DNA of 45,182 nt from Octopus bimaculoides (Eukaryota), in assembly GCF_001194135.2 (NCBI RefSeq), contig NC_068991.1, forward strand, positions 50,727,703 to 50,772,884, given 5' to 3'. Within the stretch, counting starts at the first letter, position 1, and every line of letters begins with the position of its first letter. The translations under genes and the position numbers were made by a program. Shown here piece after piece: positions 22,596 to 35,345 of this stretch. The notes under the pieces were generated by a model. The model saw nothing but the letters and a program-made list of their open reading frames with translations, was not told where the DNA came from and ran no database searches.

Positions 22596-23763
22596 ATGAT
22601 AAGAGAGAGATATTCCATTGAAGACTCTCAGATTGTTTGGGAAAAAAAATGCTGTTTTACATTCCTTCTGGAAATGTTAGTTTGTTTGTCAAAAATGCAT
22701 TTTATTGAAAATACTCTAAATGCAGCAACTAAAATCTGTTAGGTCTTCGTCAAACATTTGGAATATTTTCTTTATTGTTTAGAGATTAAGGGAGAGAGAT
22801 TGGTTTCCTCAAACTGGAGACTTGACTCATTTTTGCAACAGAATGGAATCTGTTATAGGCATCCATGGACCAGGTAGTGCTGTTACTGTGTGCAATGGAC
22901 TAAGTCTTCTTTGAAGCAACAGGTTTATGAAGCTGAAGTTTATCTAGATTCTGAAGACAGACTAAGGATACACTGCTTCTCTCTGAATGGGATGCCAGTC
23001 TGTTGCAGGATCAATAACCAAGTGCACACCCTGGCATTCATTTTTAGATGGTATCATGGTTAACTACAACACCAGCTGGCAAACTGCAACACCGGCACCT
23101 GTTCTGGTACTGTTATTCTATAAACTGGTGGTGGGGAGATGAATTGCTGCTATCTCTAGCTGTCAAGCATCCATCATTGACAAGACCAAGGAAGGTTGAA
23201 ATGACTTGGATTTGGTGGTGTCAGCGTTGGAGATGGAGATTTATCTCTTTGCTAGTGATATAAACAAGAGTGCATTTTGCACCAAAAAGCCAACATGAGA
23301 GGAAGAAGAGGGCCATGACGTCAATGGTCAAGGGACTGACCGGAAGAGGAAGCGTGAGAAGGGAAGTGCGGGGGAGACAGGGTCAGCCTCTTCTTGCCCG
23401 CCGGAGGCATTGTGAACGGACTTCAGGGATTTCACTCTCAGGTTGGTCAGATAGCAGCTGCTTATACTGGGTGACAGGAGTAGGGCAGGATCGTTGGAAA
23501 GATTACTACTAGACAGGCACAGACAAGAGAGGAAGGTAGGTGGACCTCTTTTCATTTCCCATGCACAATAGCTACATCATTTATTTTGGATATTGACCAA
23601 AATTTATTTATAAAATGCCTGGGAAAAAGTATTTGTTCTCCCACTGCAGTGAAGTTGACCAAGTCCCAGCTGGAGTTGAATCAGGATTTATCATGATCCT
23701 TTTGCTGCTAGAAGTTTGTTTTAGTGCAAGGCTTGTAAAAAATTCTCTCATACACCCACGCAT

Positions 23764-23830
<67 letters not shown>

Positions 23831-24791
23831 NNNNNNNNNNNNNNNNNNNNNNNNNNNNNNNNNNNNNNNNNNNNNNNNNNNNNNNNNNNNNNNNNNNNNN
23901 NNNNNNNNNNNNNNNNNNNNNNNNNNNNNNNNNNNNNNNNNNNNNNNNNNNNNNNNNNNNNNNNNNNNNNNNNNNNNNNNNNNNNNNNNNNNNNNNNNNN
24001 NNNNNNNNNNNNNNNNNNNNNNNNNNNNNNNNNNNNNNNNNNNNNNNNNNNNNNNNNNNNNNNNNNNNNNNNNNNNNNNNNNNNNNNNNNNNNNNNNNNN
24101 NNNNNNNNNNNNNNNNNNNNNNNNNNNNNNNNNNNNNNNNNNNNNNNNNNNNNNNNNNNNNNNNNNNNNNNNNNNNNNNNNNNNNNNNNNNNNNNNNNNN
24201 NNNNNNNNNNNNNNNNNNNNNNNNNNNNNNNNNNNNNNNNNNNNNNNNNNNNNNNNNNNNNNNNNNNNNNNNNNNNNNNNNNNNNNNNNNNNNNNNNNNN
24301 NNNNNNNNNNNNNNNNNNNNNNNNNNNNNNNNNNNNNNNNNNNNNNNNNNNNNNNNNNNNNNNNNNNNNNNNNNNNNNNNNNNNNNNNNNAATACTTCTT
24401 TTATTTTTTAAAATTAAGATAAACAAAGTTCTTTTTTAATCTAAAATATACTCTCCTTCATTTTCCACAATGCTCTTCCATCTATCTGGTTGACTTGCAA
24501 GGCCACTCTTCCAAAATTCACTCACTTGTCTGTGATGAAAAATACTCCTCCAGTACTGTTCTGACCTCATCTATAGAATTCATATTTTTTCCATCCAAAT
24601 GATTTTGAAAACTGCAGAATAAATGATAATCAGATCAGGCAATGTCCAGCAAATATGGTGGTCATTTAAAACACGTTTGACGTGGTAAACTGATTTTGGG
24701 GTAAAATTCTTATATTTTTTTTCTTTTGGCTAAGAAACTGGATTAGAAATGTTGGTTTTCATCAAGTTTGCTGATGGCTGTGTATAGGGGT

Positions 24792-25580
24792 AGTCATGGC
24801 AGGGTGGTTAGAAAGCTTATTTTGTCATCATGTGGTTTTGGGTTTTGTCCCACTGTGCAACACGTTGGGCAAGTGTCTAGAACACTATTTCTAGACTGAC
24901 CAATAACTTGCGTGGGGATTTTGGAGGCAGAAACTGTGAGGAAGCCCATCATCATCATCATCAACATTTAAGGTCTGTTATCCATGCTGGCATGGGTTGG
25001 ATGGCTTGATAGGAACCAGAAAGGCCAGTGGGTGCACCAGATTCTGTAGTCTGTTTTGGCTTGGTTTCTACAGCCGGATGCTCTTCCTAATGCCAGCCAC
25101 TTTACAGAGTGTACAGGGTGCTTTTTATGTGGCACCAGCACTGACACCAGTGCTTTTTATGTGGCACCAGCACTGACACCAGTGCTTTTTATGTGGCACC
25201 TTAGTTTTAAGATCTCAATTCTGTTGTGANNNNNNNNNNACCAGCACTGACACCAGTGCTTTTTATGTGGCACCTTAGTTTTAAGATCTCAATTCTGTTT
25301 TGATTGGTGGGTCTTTTTGAGTAGAACAATGCACCACTTAACTTGGTCTTCATGTGTGTGTGTGTGTGTGTGTATTTGTGTTTGTTTCTGTTAGTCCCCC
25401 CACCCACCTCTTGACAACCAGAGTCAGTTTTTTTACATCCCCTTACCTTGGTGTGGGGTGGAGGATTTTGGTGGTTCAGCAAACAAGACCGATGAAAAAT
25501 ACCAGACTTAAAAATAATTACTAAGTCCGATTTGTTTGACTAAAATGCTTCAAGTAGGTGCCCCAGACTGGCCACCATCC
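24792..25580 (+). mobile_element. Old SINE-A copy split by an antisense RTE 3' tail
   Basis: The 5' half ends ...gaaactgtgaggaagccc (24948). A degenerate 3' half (cttgacaacc...ttgtttgactaaa...ccccagactggcc) lies at ~25340-25580. Confidence 0.55.
24949..25200 (-). mobile_element. RTE 3' tail with an internal 32-bp tandem repeat
   Basis: catcatcatc...ccatgctggcatgggttgga...tttctacagccggatgctcttcctaatgcca. Unit gtgctttttatgtggcaccagcactgacacca starts at 25118, 25150 and 25182 (partial). Confidence 0.7.
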
Positions 25581-25799
25581 GATAAGTGCTTTTGAGTTTA
25601 AACTTCCAAATTACTCAGTGAGCCTAAATATTTTATTTGCAAATATTTTAAACATATCTGCTTTCATTTGCTGAACTAATTACTTCTACTGCTAGATTGG
25701 CTTCTTGTGTAATTAACTAATTAATTACACACATATTACAACATAAATAGGGAATTTTGTTGTAGAAACACATTTAAACAGCCCTGGATATTCATATCT

Positions 25800-26215
25800 T
25801 AAATATTATAATACAAGCATACATACACACGCATATGCATATACAGACATAGACACAAACACAGAAACATACACATACATTTACACACATACATCTGCAT
25901 ACACACACGTCTATATATACACACACTCATATGCATACATGCATCTATATGTATATGCATCTACACACATACACCCACATATACACATCTACATACACAC
26001 TCATATACTATATGCATCGATATGCACATCTACACACATACATCCACATACACACACCTACATACACACTTATATACATACACATATCTATATATGCATA
26101 CACTCACATCTACACCCACCCACATACACACATCTGCATACGCACACACTCATATACATACATGCATCTATATAGACACACACACACACACACACACACA
26201 CATGCATACATGCAA
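25800..26215. repeat. Complex degenerate (CA/TA/CATA) low-complexity tract
   Basis: Visible directly in sequence. Confidence 0.85.
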
Positions 26216-26474
26216 CAATACACTAATTTCATTAGTGAGCTGTTATTTGCTTTAACTGATCATATTTGAAAATCTCTCTTAAGTAATCTCAAATATTTTC
26301 CTCAAACTTCTCCTCTTGCCCTGGCTCCCTAATCACTCACTGAGGCCACACGCAACTCTGACTTCTCCATTTTTTAAAAATGCAAGATTTTTATTCTTCA
26401 TTACTTTGACAGCTGTTTTACTAGAAACAAAGTAATTTTAGTTTAACATCTGTGTATAAATCCGGTCATCCCAG

Positions 26475-26505
<31 letters not shown>

Positions 26506-26662
26506 CGTATGGGGGGAGCATGCACCATTGCAACATATTGCTGCATTCACCATTTTTTGGTATATTCCCAGGTCTTCAAGAGAAATTTTGCAAGGCGGTA
26601 CAAGACTCCTCTGAGGTCCCTGGTTGTAGGTAGATACTCTTGGTGTTATCATATGTCTATAG

Positions 26663-27084
26663 TGGTGCAGGAGTGGCTGTGTGGTAATTAGCTTGTTTAC
26701 CAACCACATGGTTCCGGGTTCAGTTCCACTGCATGGCACCTTGGGCAAGTGTCTTCTACTATAGCCTCGGGTCGACCAAAGCCTTGTGAGTGGATTTGGT
26801 AGACGGAAACTGAAAGAAGCCCGTCGTATATATGTATATATATATATATATGTGTGTGTATGTGTTTGTGTGTTTGTGTGTCTGAGTTTGTCCTCCCACC
26901 ATCACTTGACAACCGATGCTGGTGTGTTTATGTCCCTGTAACTTAGCAGTTCGGCAAAAAGAGATCGATAGAATAAGTACTAGGCTTACAAAGAATAAGT
27001 CCTGGGTTTGATTTTCTCGACTAAAGGCAGTGCTCCAGCATGGCCGCAGTCAAACGACTGAAACAAGTAAAAGAATAAAAGAGT
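26663..27084 (+). mobile_element. SINE-A
   Basis: Full-length homology to 1359-1762. Confidence 0.9.
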
Positions 27085-27600
27085 ATACAACTAGGCCAAC
27101 ACTAATTAATAATAAATACTAATAAAAAGAAGTCAGTGTGTTGTGATAAGTACAGTGATATTTGTCTATGTGAATGTAAGATTACATCATGACATATAAT
27201 TCACCATCTTCCGGTAAAATTTTAAACAAGTAAGATAATACATTGATCATGATGAATTCAACCGACATTGCATTGGTAACCCTAGATCGGCCACCACTGG
27301 TCTGTCAATAAATCAGGGTAAAGAAACTTAGTTTATTTTTAGTCAGATTTATCTCCAAAGGTGTCTTCATTTAGTCAGATATTTTGCTTCACAATTCCAG
27401 TCCCTATCACCTGTCATTTGCAGACCATAAATAGCTCTTACTGTTTAATTTCCTTCAGGTAAGAATATGTTCATCCACAAGACATATTTCTGAGGAAACC
27501 TACTTCTATCACATATCGCTTATAAACTTCTCCTCTTCCACCCGTCCATCATCATCATAGTTTTTGTCATCATCGCTGTGATCCTCCNNNNNNNNNNGCA

Positions 27601-27631
<31 letters not shown>

Positions 27632-28593
27632 CAGTAGCACCAGCACCACCATCACCACCATTGAACTAATATACAACAATATTGTATTACCGTATTATGC
27701 CTCTCTTGGAATGAACCTTATGCTCACAGTGTTTTGTTATCTTTAATACCTACCAGTTATCCTCTCCATTACATAATCTCTCTAAATCCATTTATCTGTC
27801 CTAACACAATATTTGTTAGAGCAGTGCAGAAGTAGTTTTCCAACAGAAATGTCTGATAGCTTCCTTCTATTTGCTATTGCATCCCTCACTGCAATCATTG
27901 GTTTCACCTTAATCTCATTAGCCTATAATCTATATTCTTATCACACATATATCACCAGATATAAGTTTCATATTCCTGACTATTAATAAAGTCAATATGT
28001 CTCTTAGTCTTTCCTAACTGTTAGATAACAAGATGCCTGTTTGGGATCCTCGAGTTTGTGCTACAGATGGTAAATGCATTCATGCCACAGCTTCTCACAA
28101 ATACTGCCAAATACAACTGTGCTCTTTTGAAGTAAAATTGGTAACTTAATCATTATACTTCATAAAGAGGAAAGTATACAGAGTATATAGAAGTAGACAT
28201 AGAAATCATTTGTGGATAGTGTTATGCCTTTCCCTAATCCGATTCCTGTCACTTTAAAAGTAACGCCTTACATGAATCAAATGTCATATATTTCGGTAAT
28301 TCATAAAATACACATATTTTGTTGGTTGCGCTTTTATTCTTTTACTTGCTTCAATTATTTGATTGTGGCCATGCTGGAGCATCACCTTGAAGGGTCTTAG
28401 TCAAACAAATCGACTCCAGGACTTATTTCTTAAGTCTAGTACATATTCTATCGGTCTTTTGCCAAACCGCTAAGTTATGGGGATGTAAACACACCAACAC
28501 TGGTTGTCAAGCGGTAATGGGGAGACAAACACAGACACAAAGACACACACAGACATAGATATATATATAAATATACATACATACATATGTATA

Positions 28594-29885
28594 TTGAGTT
28601 GGCAACTAAGTTCCTGCTGTTTTATTAAGTTTTGGAATTTATTGCGTTTTTAAATTTTGGAATCTATTTTTTTTTGAGAATTCTATTTTTGAATCATTTT
28701 TGAATCCATTTTGTTTTTTTTTCTAGTTAATTTTAGTTAATTTTTGTTTATTTTCAGATTATTAAAATGGAATGTCAAGTTAAGAAAAACAAGCATTTTC
28801 AACACCTCCTTCTTTTTGCTTTTAATCAAGGTTCTAAGGCCGCAAAAGCTGCTCGTGACATTTGTGCTGTGTATGGAGAGGGCGCCATAGCTGAAAGAAC
28901 TGCACGTAATTGGTATGCCAAGTTCAAAAATGGAAATTTTGACCTCAAAGATGCACCTTGTTCTGGTCGTCCAGTTGTGTTTGATGAAGAGCAATTAAAT
29001 CAACTTTTGCACGAAAATTCTCATTAACCAACAAGGGAACTGGCAGAGAAAATGGAATGCTCCCACACTGCTATAGAGAAGCATCTTCACTTGATGGGAA
29101 AGGTTCAGAAGTATGGAGCATGGGTTCCACATGCTTTAAGCGATAACAGCAAAAATCAACGAGCCACAATCTCCGCTGGTTTGCTTGCTCATCACCGCTC
29201 AACTCATGGACACAAGCAACAATTTCTTTACCGAATCTACTGGTGATGAAAAATGGTGCCTGTACATCAATATGAAGCAGTGTAAGGAATAGCTAAGCCC
29301 TGGTAAACAAGCAACACCGCGCTTGAAACAAGATCTTCATCTGCGTAAAACGATGTTGTGCGTATGGTAGGACTGGGAAGGTATTATCCATTACGAATTG
29401 CTTGAACAGAACCAAACGATCAACGCGGAACTCTATGTTCAACAGATGGAACAATTCAACATGGCTATTCAAGAGAAAAAACCTAATTGGCAGCATGGAG
29501 TTCTACTGTATGATAATGTCGGCCCTCATATCACCAATATGACCAAGGAAACCATTCAAACACATGGCTGGGAAGTGCTGACACACTCGCCATACTCTCC
29601 TGATTTGGCACCAACGGAGTTCCACCTCTTTCGATCTCTTTCAAATGCTATGCGCGGAGTTTCGTTCAATACTGATGCAGAATTGAGAGCTTGGTTGGAT
29701 CAATTTTTCAAGTTGAAATCGGGTGATTTCTACCAACAAGGTATTGAAAATCTTGTTGAACGTTGGGAAGAAGTTGTAAACAACAAGGGTGAATGTGTTA
29801 TTGATTAATTAGTTGTTATTTTTATTAAACCTTTTAAAAAATATAAATTTTAAAAAAAACGGCGGGTACTTAGTTGCCAACCTAA
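28594..29885 (+). mobile_element. Full-length (1292 bp) mariner DNA transposon, inactive
   Basis: 30-bp TIRs (ttgagttggcaactaagttcctgctgtttt vs ttaggttggcaactaagtacccgccgtttt, 25/30 identical), TA duplication on both sides, and a transposase relic. Confidence 0.95.
28767..29808 (+). pseudogene. Mariner (DD34D-type) transposase pseudogene
   Basis: HTH region (GRPVVFDEE), WVPHAL, TGDEKW, YDN and YSPDLAPTE (third D changed to E). In-frame stops at ~29025, ~29290 and ~29368, and a frameshift near 29240. Confidence 0.9.
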
Positions 29886-30219
29886 TATATAAATATAAAT
29901 GACAGGCTTCTTTCAATTTCTGTCTACCAAACCCTTGTACAAGGATTTGGTCAGCTTAACACTATAGTAAACAACACTTGTCCAAGTTGCCATGCAGTGG
30001 GACTGAACCTGGAATCATGTGGTTGGGAAATAAGCTTCTTACCACATAGCCACACCTGTACCTATTCTTCACATATTTTTTTATATGTTCTTTGTGATAT
30101 ATTTTCCACTTAAACTCTGTACATAAAATACTTTGACTGTTAGGTGAGTTGCTGTTACACTTTATCAGTCTCTCTGAGTGAATCAAACGTATCATTAATC
30201 AATATTAAATCCCCAAAGG

Positions 30220-30430
30220 AAGGCAGCAAGCTGGTAGAATACTTAACATGCCGGGCAAAAAGCTTAGTGGCATTTCGTTCATCTTTACATTCCGAGTTCA
30301 AATTCCACCAAGGTCGACTTTGCCTTTCATCCTTTTGGAGTCAATAAAATTGTACCAGTTGTGAACTGATGTTGATGTAATTGACTTACCTCTCCCCCAA
30401 AATTGCTGGCCTTGTGCCAAAATTTGAAAC
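30220..30430 (+). mobile_element. SINE-B (tail type 2)
   Basis: SINE-B head/body plus tail cccaaaattgctggccttgtgccaaaatttgaaacc. Confidence 0.8.
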
Positions 30431-30449
30431 CGTTGTAATTACTACAATT

Positions 30450-30655
30450 AAGGTGATGAGTTGGCAGAATCATTAGCACACTTGGCAAAAGGCTTAGTGA
30501 CATTTTGTCTGTTTTTACATTCTGAGTTCAAATTCTGCCAAAGTTGACTTTGCCTTTCATTCCTTTGAGGTTAGTTGCACACTGGGGTTGTTGTAATCAA
30601 CTATCTCCATTACCCCCAAATTTCAGGCCTTTTGCCTATAACAGAAAGGAATATT
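30450..30655 (+). mobile_element. SINE-B (tail type 3)
   Basis: SINE-B head/body plus tail aaatttcaggccttttgcctataacagaaagg. Confidence 0.75.
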
Positions 30656-30657
30656 GA

Positions 30658-30845
30658 TTTCAAATTTTGGCACAAGGCCAGCAATTCCAAGAGAGGGAGT
30701 AAGTTGATACTTGGTACTTGTTTTATTGACCTCAGAAGGATGAAAGGTAAATTCGACCTTGGCGGAATTTGAACTCAGAAGGTAAAGACAAATGAAATGC
30801 TACTATTAGCCTGGTGTGCTAATGATTCTGCCAGCTTACCACCTT
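30658..30845 (-). mobile_element. SINE-B (tail type 2), tail-to-tail with the previous copy
   Basis: Reverse complement of the 30220 type. Confidence 0.75.
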
Positions 30846-30994
30846 AGTAGAAAGGAATATTAAATTCCAAAGAATCCTCTTTTGGAACAGAAATTAAGTA
30901 AAAGGAAATTTTTAAGAAACCAGCAAATATTCTACCTCAGAATTTTTGTTTGAGAATGAACTAACAACTCTATTGATGCTTTCAATTCTGAAAT

Positions 30995-31385
30995 ACTCTT
31001 TTACTCTTTTACTTGTTTCAGTCATTTGACTGTGGCCATGCTGGAGCACCGCTTTTAATCGAGCTAATCGACCCCAGGACTTATTCTTTGTAAGCCTGGT
31101 ACTTATTCTATCGGTCACTTTTTGCCGAACCGCTAAGTTACGGGGACGTAAACACCAGCATCAGTTGTCAAGCGATGGTGGGGGAACAAACACAGACACA
31201 CAAGCACACATAAATATATATATATACATATATACGACGGGCTTCTTTCAGTTTCCGTCTACCAAATCCACTCACAAGGCTTTGGTCGGCCCGAGGCTAT
31301 AGAAGACACTTGCCAAAGGTGCCACGCAGTGGGACTGAACCCGGAACCATGTGGTTGGTAAGCAAGCTACTTACCACACAGCCAC
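30995..31385 (-). mobile_element. SINE-A (well preserved; extreme 5' end missing)
   Basis: Reverse-complement homology to 1359-1762. Confidence 0.9.
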
Positions 31386-32129
31386 ATATTCTTTTTTCTT
31401 TTTGTAGAAGTCATTTGATATTAATTTTTCACTGTTTCCTTTGCTAATATCAAAATAATCCTTTCATTAGATTTACATTACTAATTAAAGAATCTCAACT
31501 TTCACTGCCTGTATTCTTGCCAAGCTGTCTAAACATATGTGCAGATTAGCTTTTGGATATGGAGATATATTTTATGAACAGTTCTATGCCATATCATAAG
31601 GTTTTGTAATTAGGACTATCCATCAATGGGTGATCAATCTAATTATGTTATAAAGTTTTATTATTTTTATTGAATTCATTGCTTATTTTTTGAAGAAATA
31701 GCATGATGGTGAAACAGCCATCCATTTCCATTTGATTCAAACTTTGGTAAAGAGAATGACAATATAATTTATTCCATTAATACTCTTTTCGTCTTTTATT
31801 TATTTATTTCTGAAGATGATTTTGAATTCTCAGTGGAGAAATTTGAATCTTATTTTTAATTACAGCAGATTAGTTCTGAGGAGGATGTAAAAAACAAAAA
31901 AAAAACCTCCAAATCAAAGAATTTTTAGAAAATATATCAGAACAGTATTAAAGAATAACATTTTACTCAACAAGAGTTTAATTAGACTAAAATCCAATAA
32001 AAAATAATGGAATTAGCAATTGCCCCAAGAACAGCCATTCAATTGTTAAATGGCATAAACCTTTAATAGTCTTGAAGTTTATCATTATTATTTAATCTTT
32101 AACATTTAAATCATTGTGTTAATTCATTG

Positions 32130-32260
32130 TATGTTGATGTGGAAGTCATGGCTGGAGGCATTCAGGAATCCATAGGAGAGGCAGACCAAGAAAGATGCAA
32201 AAAGTGAGATGGTGAGGGCTGATCTTGGGTTGTAAAACCTCATAAAACAAATGTCAAAGA
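32130..32260 (+). mobile_element. Highly degenerate RTE C-terminal remnant
   Basis: aggagaggcagaccaagaaag encodes RRGRPRK, followed by ...VRADLG, as in 17914-18191. Confidence 0.4.
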
Positions 32261-33085
32261 ACCACAAAAAGTGGTAAAACACTGTATTGGAGGAAGATCC
32301 TTCTATGCCATTCTTGTGTGTAAAAATATCCACAAAACAATGACGATTCTTTAAAATAACACCAATAAGTTTTAATCAGAGAAGAAATGAAGAATGACTA
32401 ACTGAGGGATTCTCAAAGCAGGATATGTTGTAATATTAGGGTCTGCTTGAGAAATTACGGAGGTATGTAAGTGGTTGCAAAAATATTGAAATCCTGAAGT
32501 AGACACAATCAACTAAATGTAAACTTGTGTCTCTTGTAAACCTAACATACAAATGGTGTGAACTTTCAGTCTTTATGGAATTGTATTAGAGATTATGATG
32601 ATTCTGTATTCTTGCTTGAATTTGAATTGAAAGTTTACGCAATGAACATAAGTGTATTTATGTGTAACAGTGATTCAAAACCGAATTGTTAGGTAGCTGA
32701 GTAAACATCACAATCAAACCACAGTAGTTTTACATGATTAGTCTATTAAGCAACCAATCAGCAGCAAGCTATGATGCAATTTGATTTTTAGAACTTTCTG
32801 ATTGTGCCCTAAATAATGGTGATTTTTGGTAGTAATCACAGAATGTTGAGGCAGCCACTCAACATCTCCATTCTCATCACCACGTTCAGTCAATGACAGA
32901 TAGAAGACAAAAATTTTCATTACCTCAAATATAGCATGATTAGTTTTCAGTTGTGATGGGTCCACCACGGATTGCTATATTGGTTAACTTTCTTTCATCA
33001 TAGATCCCAGCAGTATGTCTCTCCCGAGGTGTAATTGTTGCTGTTATTATTTGTTAAAAGACCAACACAGAAAGTATTGTGTGCA

Positions 33086-33526
33086 GTCATGTCCAGTAAG
33101 TTCATCACCATCAATTCATCAAAAGGAAAGTTCACTGTCATCAATTCACCGTTTTTTGCGATAAAATAGTTTTTGACTATTAATAGTGAGATACTATGGA
33201 TATGTTTTCTCAGAAAACTTTGCTCTTATTTCTTTACTGCCCACAAGGGGCTACACACAGAGGGGACAAACAAGGACGGATAAATGGATTAAGTCGATTA
33301 TATCAACCCCAGTGCGTAACTGGTACTTATTTAATCGACTCCGAAAGGATGAAAGGCAAAGTCGACCTCGACGGAATTCGAACTCAGAACGTAGTGGCAG
33401 ACGAAATACCACTAAGCATTTCGCACGTTGCGTTAATGTTTCTGCCAGCTCGCCGCCTTGGTGAACTTTCCTCATGGTGACCTTTCTTCACAGTAAATTG
33501 ATTGCAGTGAACTTACCTGTAATCAT
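33086..33526. mobile_element. Foldback/MITE-like element, copy 2, interrupted by SINE-B
   Basis: Left end tccagtaagttcatcaccatcaattcat is inverted relative to right end ...attgattgcagtgaacttacctgtaa. Homologous to 206-398. Confidence 0.6.
33226..33459 (-). mobile_element. SINE-B (tail type 1), CpG-rich copy
   Basis: Reverse complement of the 8121-8352 type. Confidence 0.9.
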
Positions 33527-34059
33527 GGGTAGTAATGAAATCTGTTAATTGTTTGTGAGTGTTGTTAGCTACTTCTTCATGCAGTCCTAGAAATACATTT
33601 CCATTCACCAGTGACAACAACAGTAGTTACCATGACTACTGCCATGACAGCCACACACTTGCAACATATGTAACTGTGTCTATATATCAATACTTGTGTG
33701 TATATGTTTATGTAATCCACATACATATACTCCACTTTTGATAATATTTAGATCTGTTTCTGGAGGTATATATAAAACATGTGATCGTTACATTCATTTT
33801 TATTTCCTGACCCCATTCAACTCTCCCCACTCCACTTGATGAGTCTTTTTTCTGTAACTGTGATTATATATCTTCCTAGTTTTTTCAGCTATTGTTCTTA
33901 TACAACTTGAATAGAGGAAAAGGAAGTTGTATCAACAAAATGAGGGTGATCCCTACTTTATTTCATTCAATTTGCCATAAAGGCAGTACACAGAGAGTAG
34001 CTACGGGCTGGACAAAAACATTAATGAGATGAGATGAATGGTGATTAATATGGTATTAA

Positions 34060-34430
34060 TGGGAGAAGACAGGAGCCACCCGCCGAACTCTGCTTCTCTA
34101 AATCATTGTTCTTTTATAAATTTATACATAAATTTACAATTTGAGGCTACTTTACAATTTCAATTTATCATGTCTTTGAAATGAGGCACTTGCCTCTTAC
34201 ACTTTTCTTTTTATGGGCCACAAGCCCTTTCAATATGAGGCACTCGTCCTCTTACATTTTACCGCCCGACTAGACTCTGCTTCACTTAAGCACCTTGCTG
34301 GTTCTTCATCGGGCATCTTCAGTAAAAAGCGGAATGCATCTTTGGGGAAGGAGTTCATCACCCTGCACAAGTCTGTCCCTACTTGCCACCTATAGGGTTG
34401 TCCTGAGATTTGCAAAAATTAACAAACCTC
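34060..34430 (-). mobile_element. Possible CR1/L2-group LINE 3' end
   Basis: Minus frame ...NSFPKDAFRFLLKMPDEEP... resembles the FLxxxPDEP C-terminal motif of CR1-group ORF2; weak. Confidence 0.35.
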
Positions 34431-34559
34431 ACATAATCACCGAAACTATCCTCTTTTTCTGTTATTTGCTGAATTATAGGAGAAGATATGGCAAAGAAAT
34501 TGAGTCTACAGACATTGTTGAATGTCATTGTTTAGCAAAGGATAACTGATATGTCAGAT

Positions 34560-35345
34560 GATATAAAGAATAAGGTATTTTGGAAGTCAAAGACGGTTCA
34601 GTGAATATCTTTCCATCTTACTTGACATGTCTGTAGAGAAATGAATTGATTCCTAACTACTTCTACATGTAAGGATTATGATTTTAAAGAATTCTTGTTT
34701 TGTCAACCATTGGAAAGTACAATGGAAGAAGATATAAATAAAGTTATACCTTGTTTCTTTGTCAAAGAAGGTTCTTTTTCTTGGAAAACAGCAGTCAACA
34801 GCACGACTGGTGGAATTCCAGCAAAACTGGGTTGTAGGTCTGGTTTCTTAGCAACAGTGTCAAATGTTAGCCTTGGTATAAAGAAAAATGCACTTTAGAT
34901 ATCTACAGATATGCATTATGTTTGAAAACACTGCCTCTAACTCTCAAATCTATTTTTGATAATATTGTATGGATGGTGAACTTTGTCAGAACTAGTTCTT
35001 TAAAGACATGGATATTTGTTGTATTAAAAATTAGAAGTATTTTCGTGATACATGGACTTAAACTGGTTTTCAAGAGGTAATATGGTTTGAAAGACAAACT
35101 GGAAAAATTATTTTTGAGAAATTGAAAGGACAAATCTATCAAGTTTACCAATAAATTTTTTGATAAGAACTGGAAGATAGACACAACTAGTCTAACTGAA
35201 TGGTATTCACTTTCTACTCAATGCACTCAATGAATAATTTCAAGTCAACCTTGTTACTGTTATAGACTTTGTTGATAAATTAAAATCATTCCAGATATAA
35301 CTTGAGCTGTGGAATGAAAAACTGAAGGTAGAACATTTTAAATGA
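34560..35345 (+). pseudogene. hAT (Charlie/Buster-type) transposase relic
   Basis: KEFLFCQPLESTMEEDI, ...GCRSGFL..., YALCLKTLP..LKSIF...VNFVR, a degenerate W-SRG and DFVDKLKSFQ..LELW. Many stops and frameshifts. Confidence 0.7.

Larger units (their letters stand above)
12784..27597. other. Assembly gaps: 12784-12793, 13443-13767, 18192-18844, 20767-20989, 21744-21865, 23831-24390, 25230-25239, 27588-27597
   Basis: N runs, mostly bordered by microsatellites or repeats. Confidence 1.
28331..30062 (-). mobile_element. SINE-A split by a mariner inserted in its internal TA microsatellite
   Basis: 3' half at 28331-28593 and 5' half at 29886-30062; they join in register once the mariner is removed. 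Confidence 0.8.

Noticed and set aside
25118-25260. 32-bp repeats as a possible CRISPR array
   Set aside because: Units are contiguous with no unique spacers, the context is eukaryotic, and there are no cas genes.
25166-25300. 60-bp direct duplication on either side of a 10-N gap
   Set aside because: Typical unmerged contig overlap; most likely an assembly artefact.
26505-26650. Possible extreme 3' end of another RLE LINE (ctgaggtccctggttg resembles 7246-7262)
   Set aside because: The match is too short and there is no clear protein motif.
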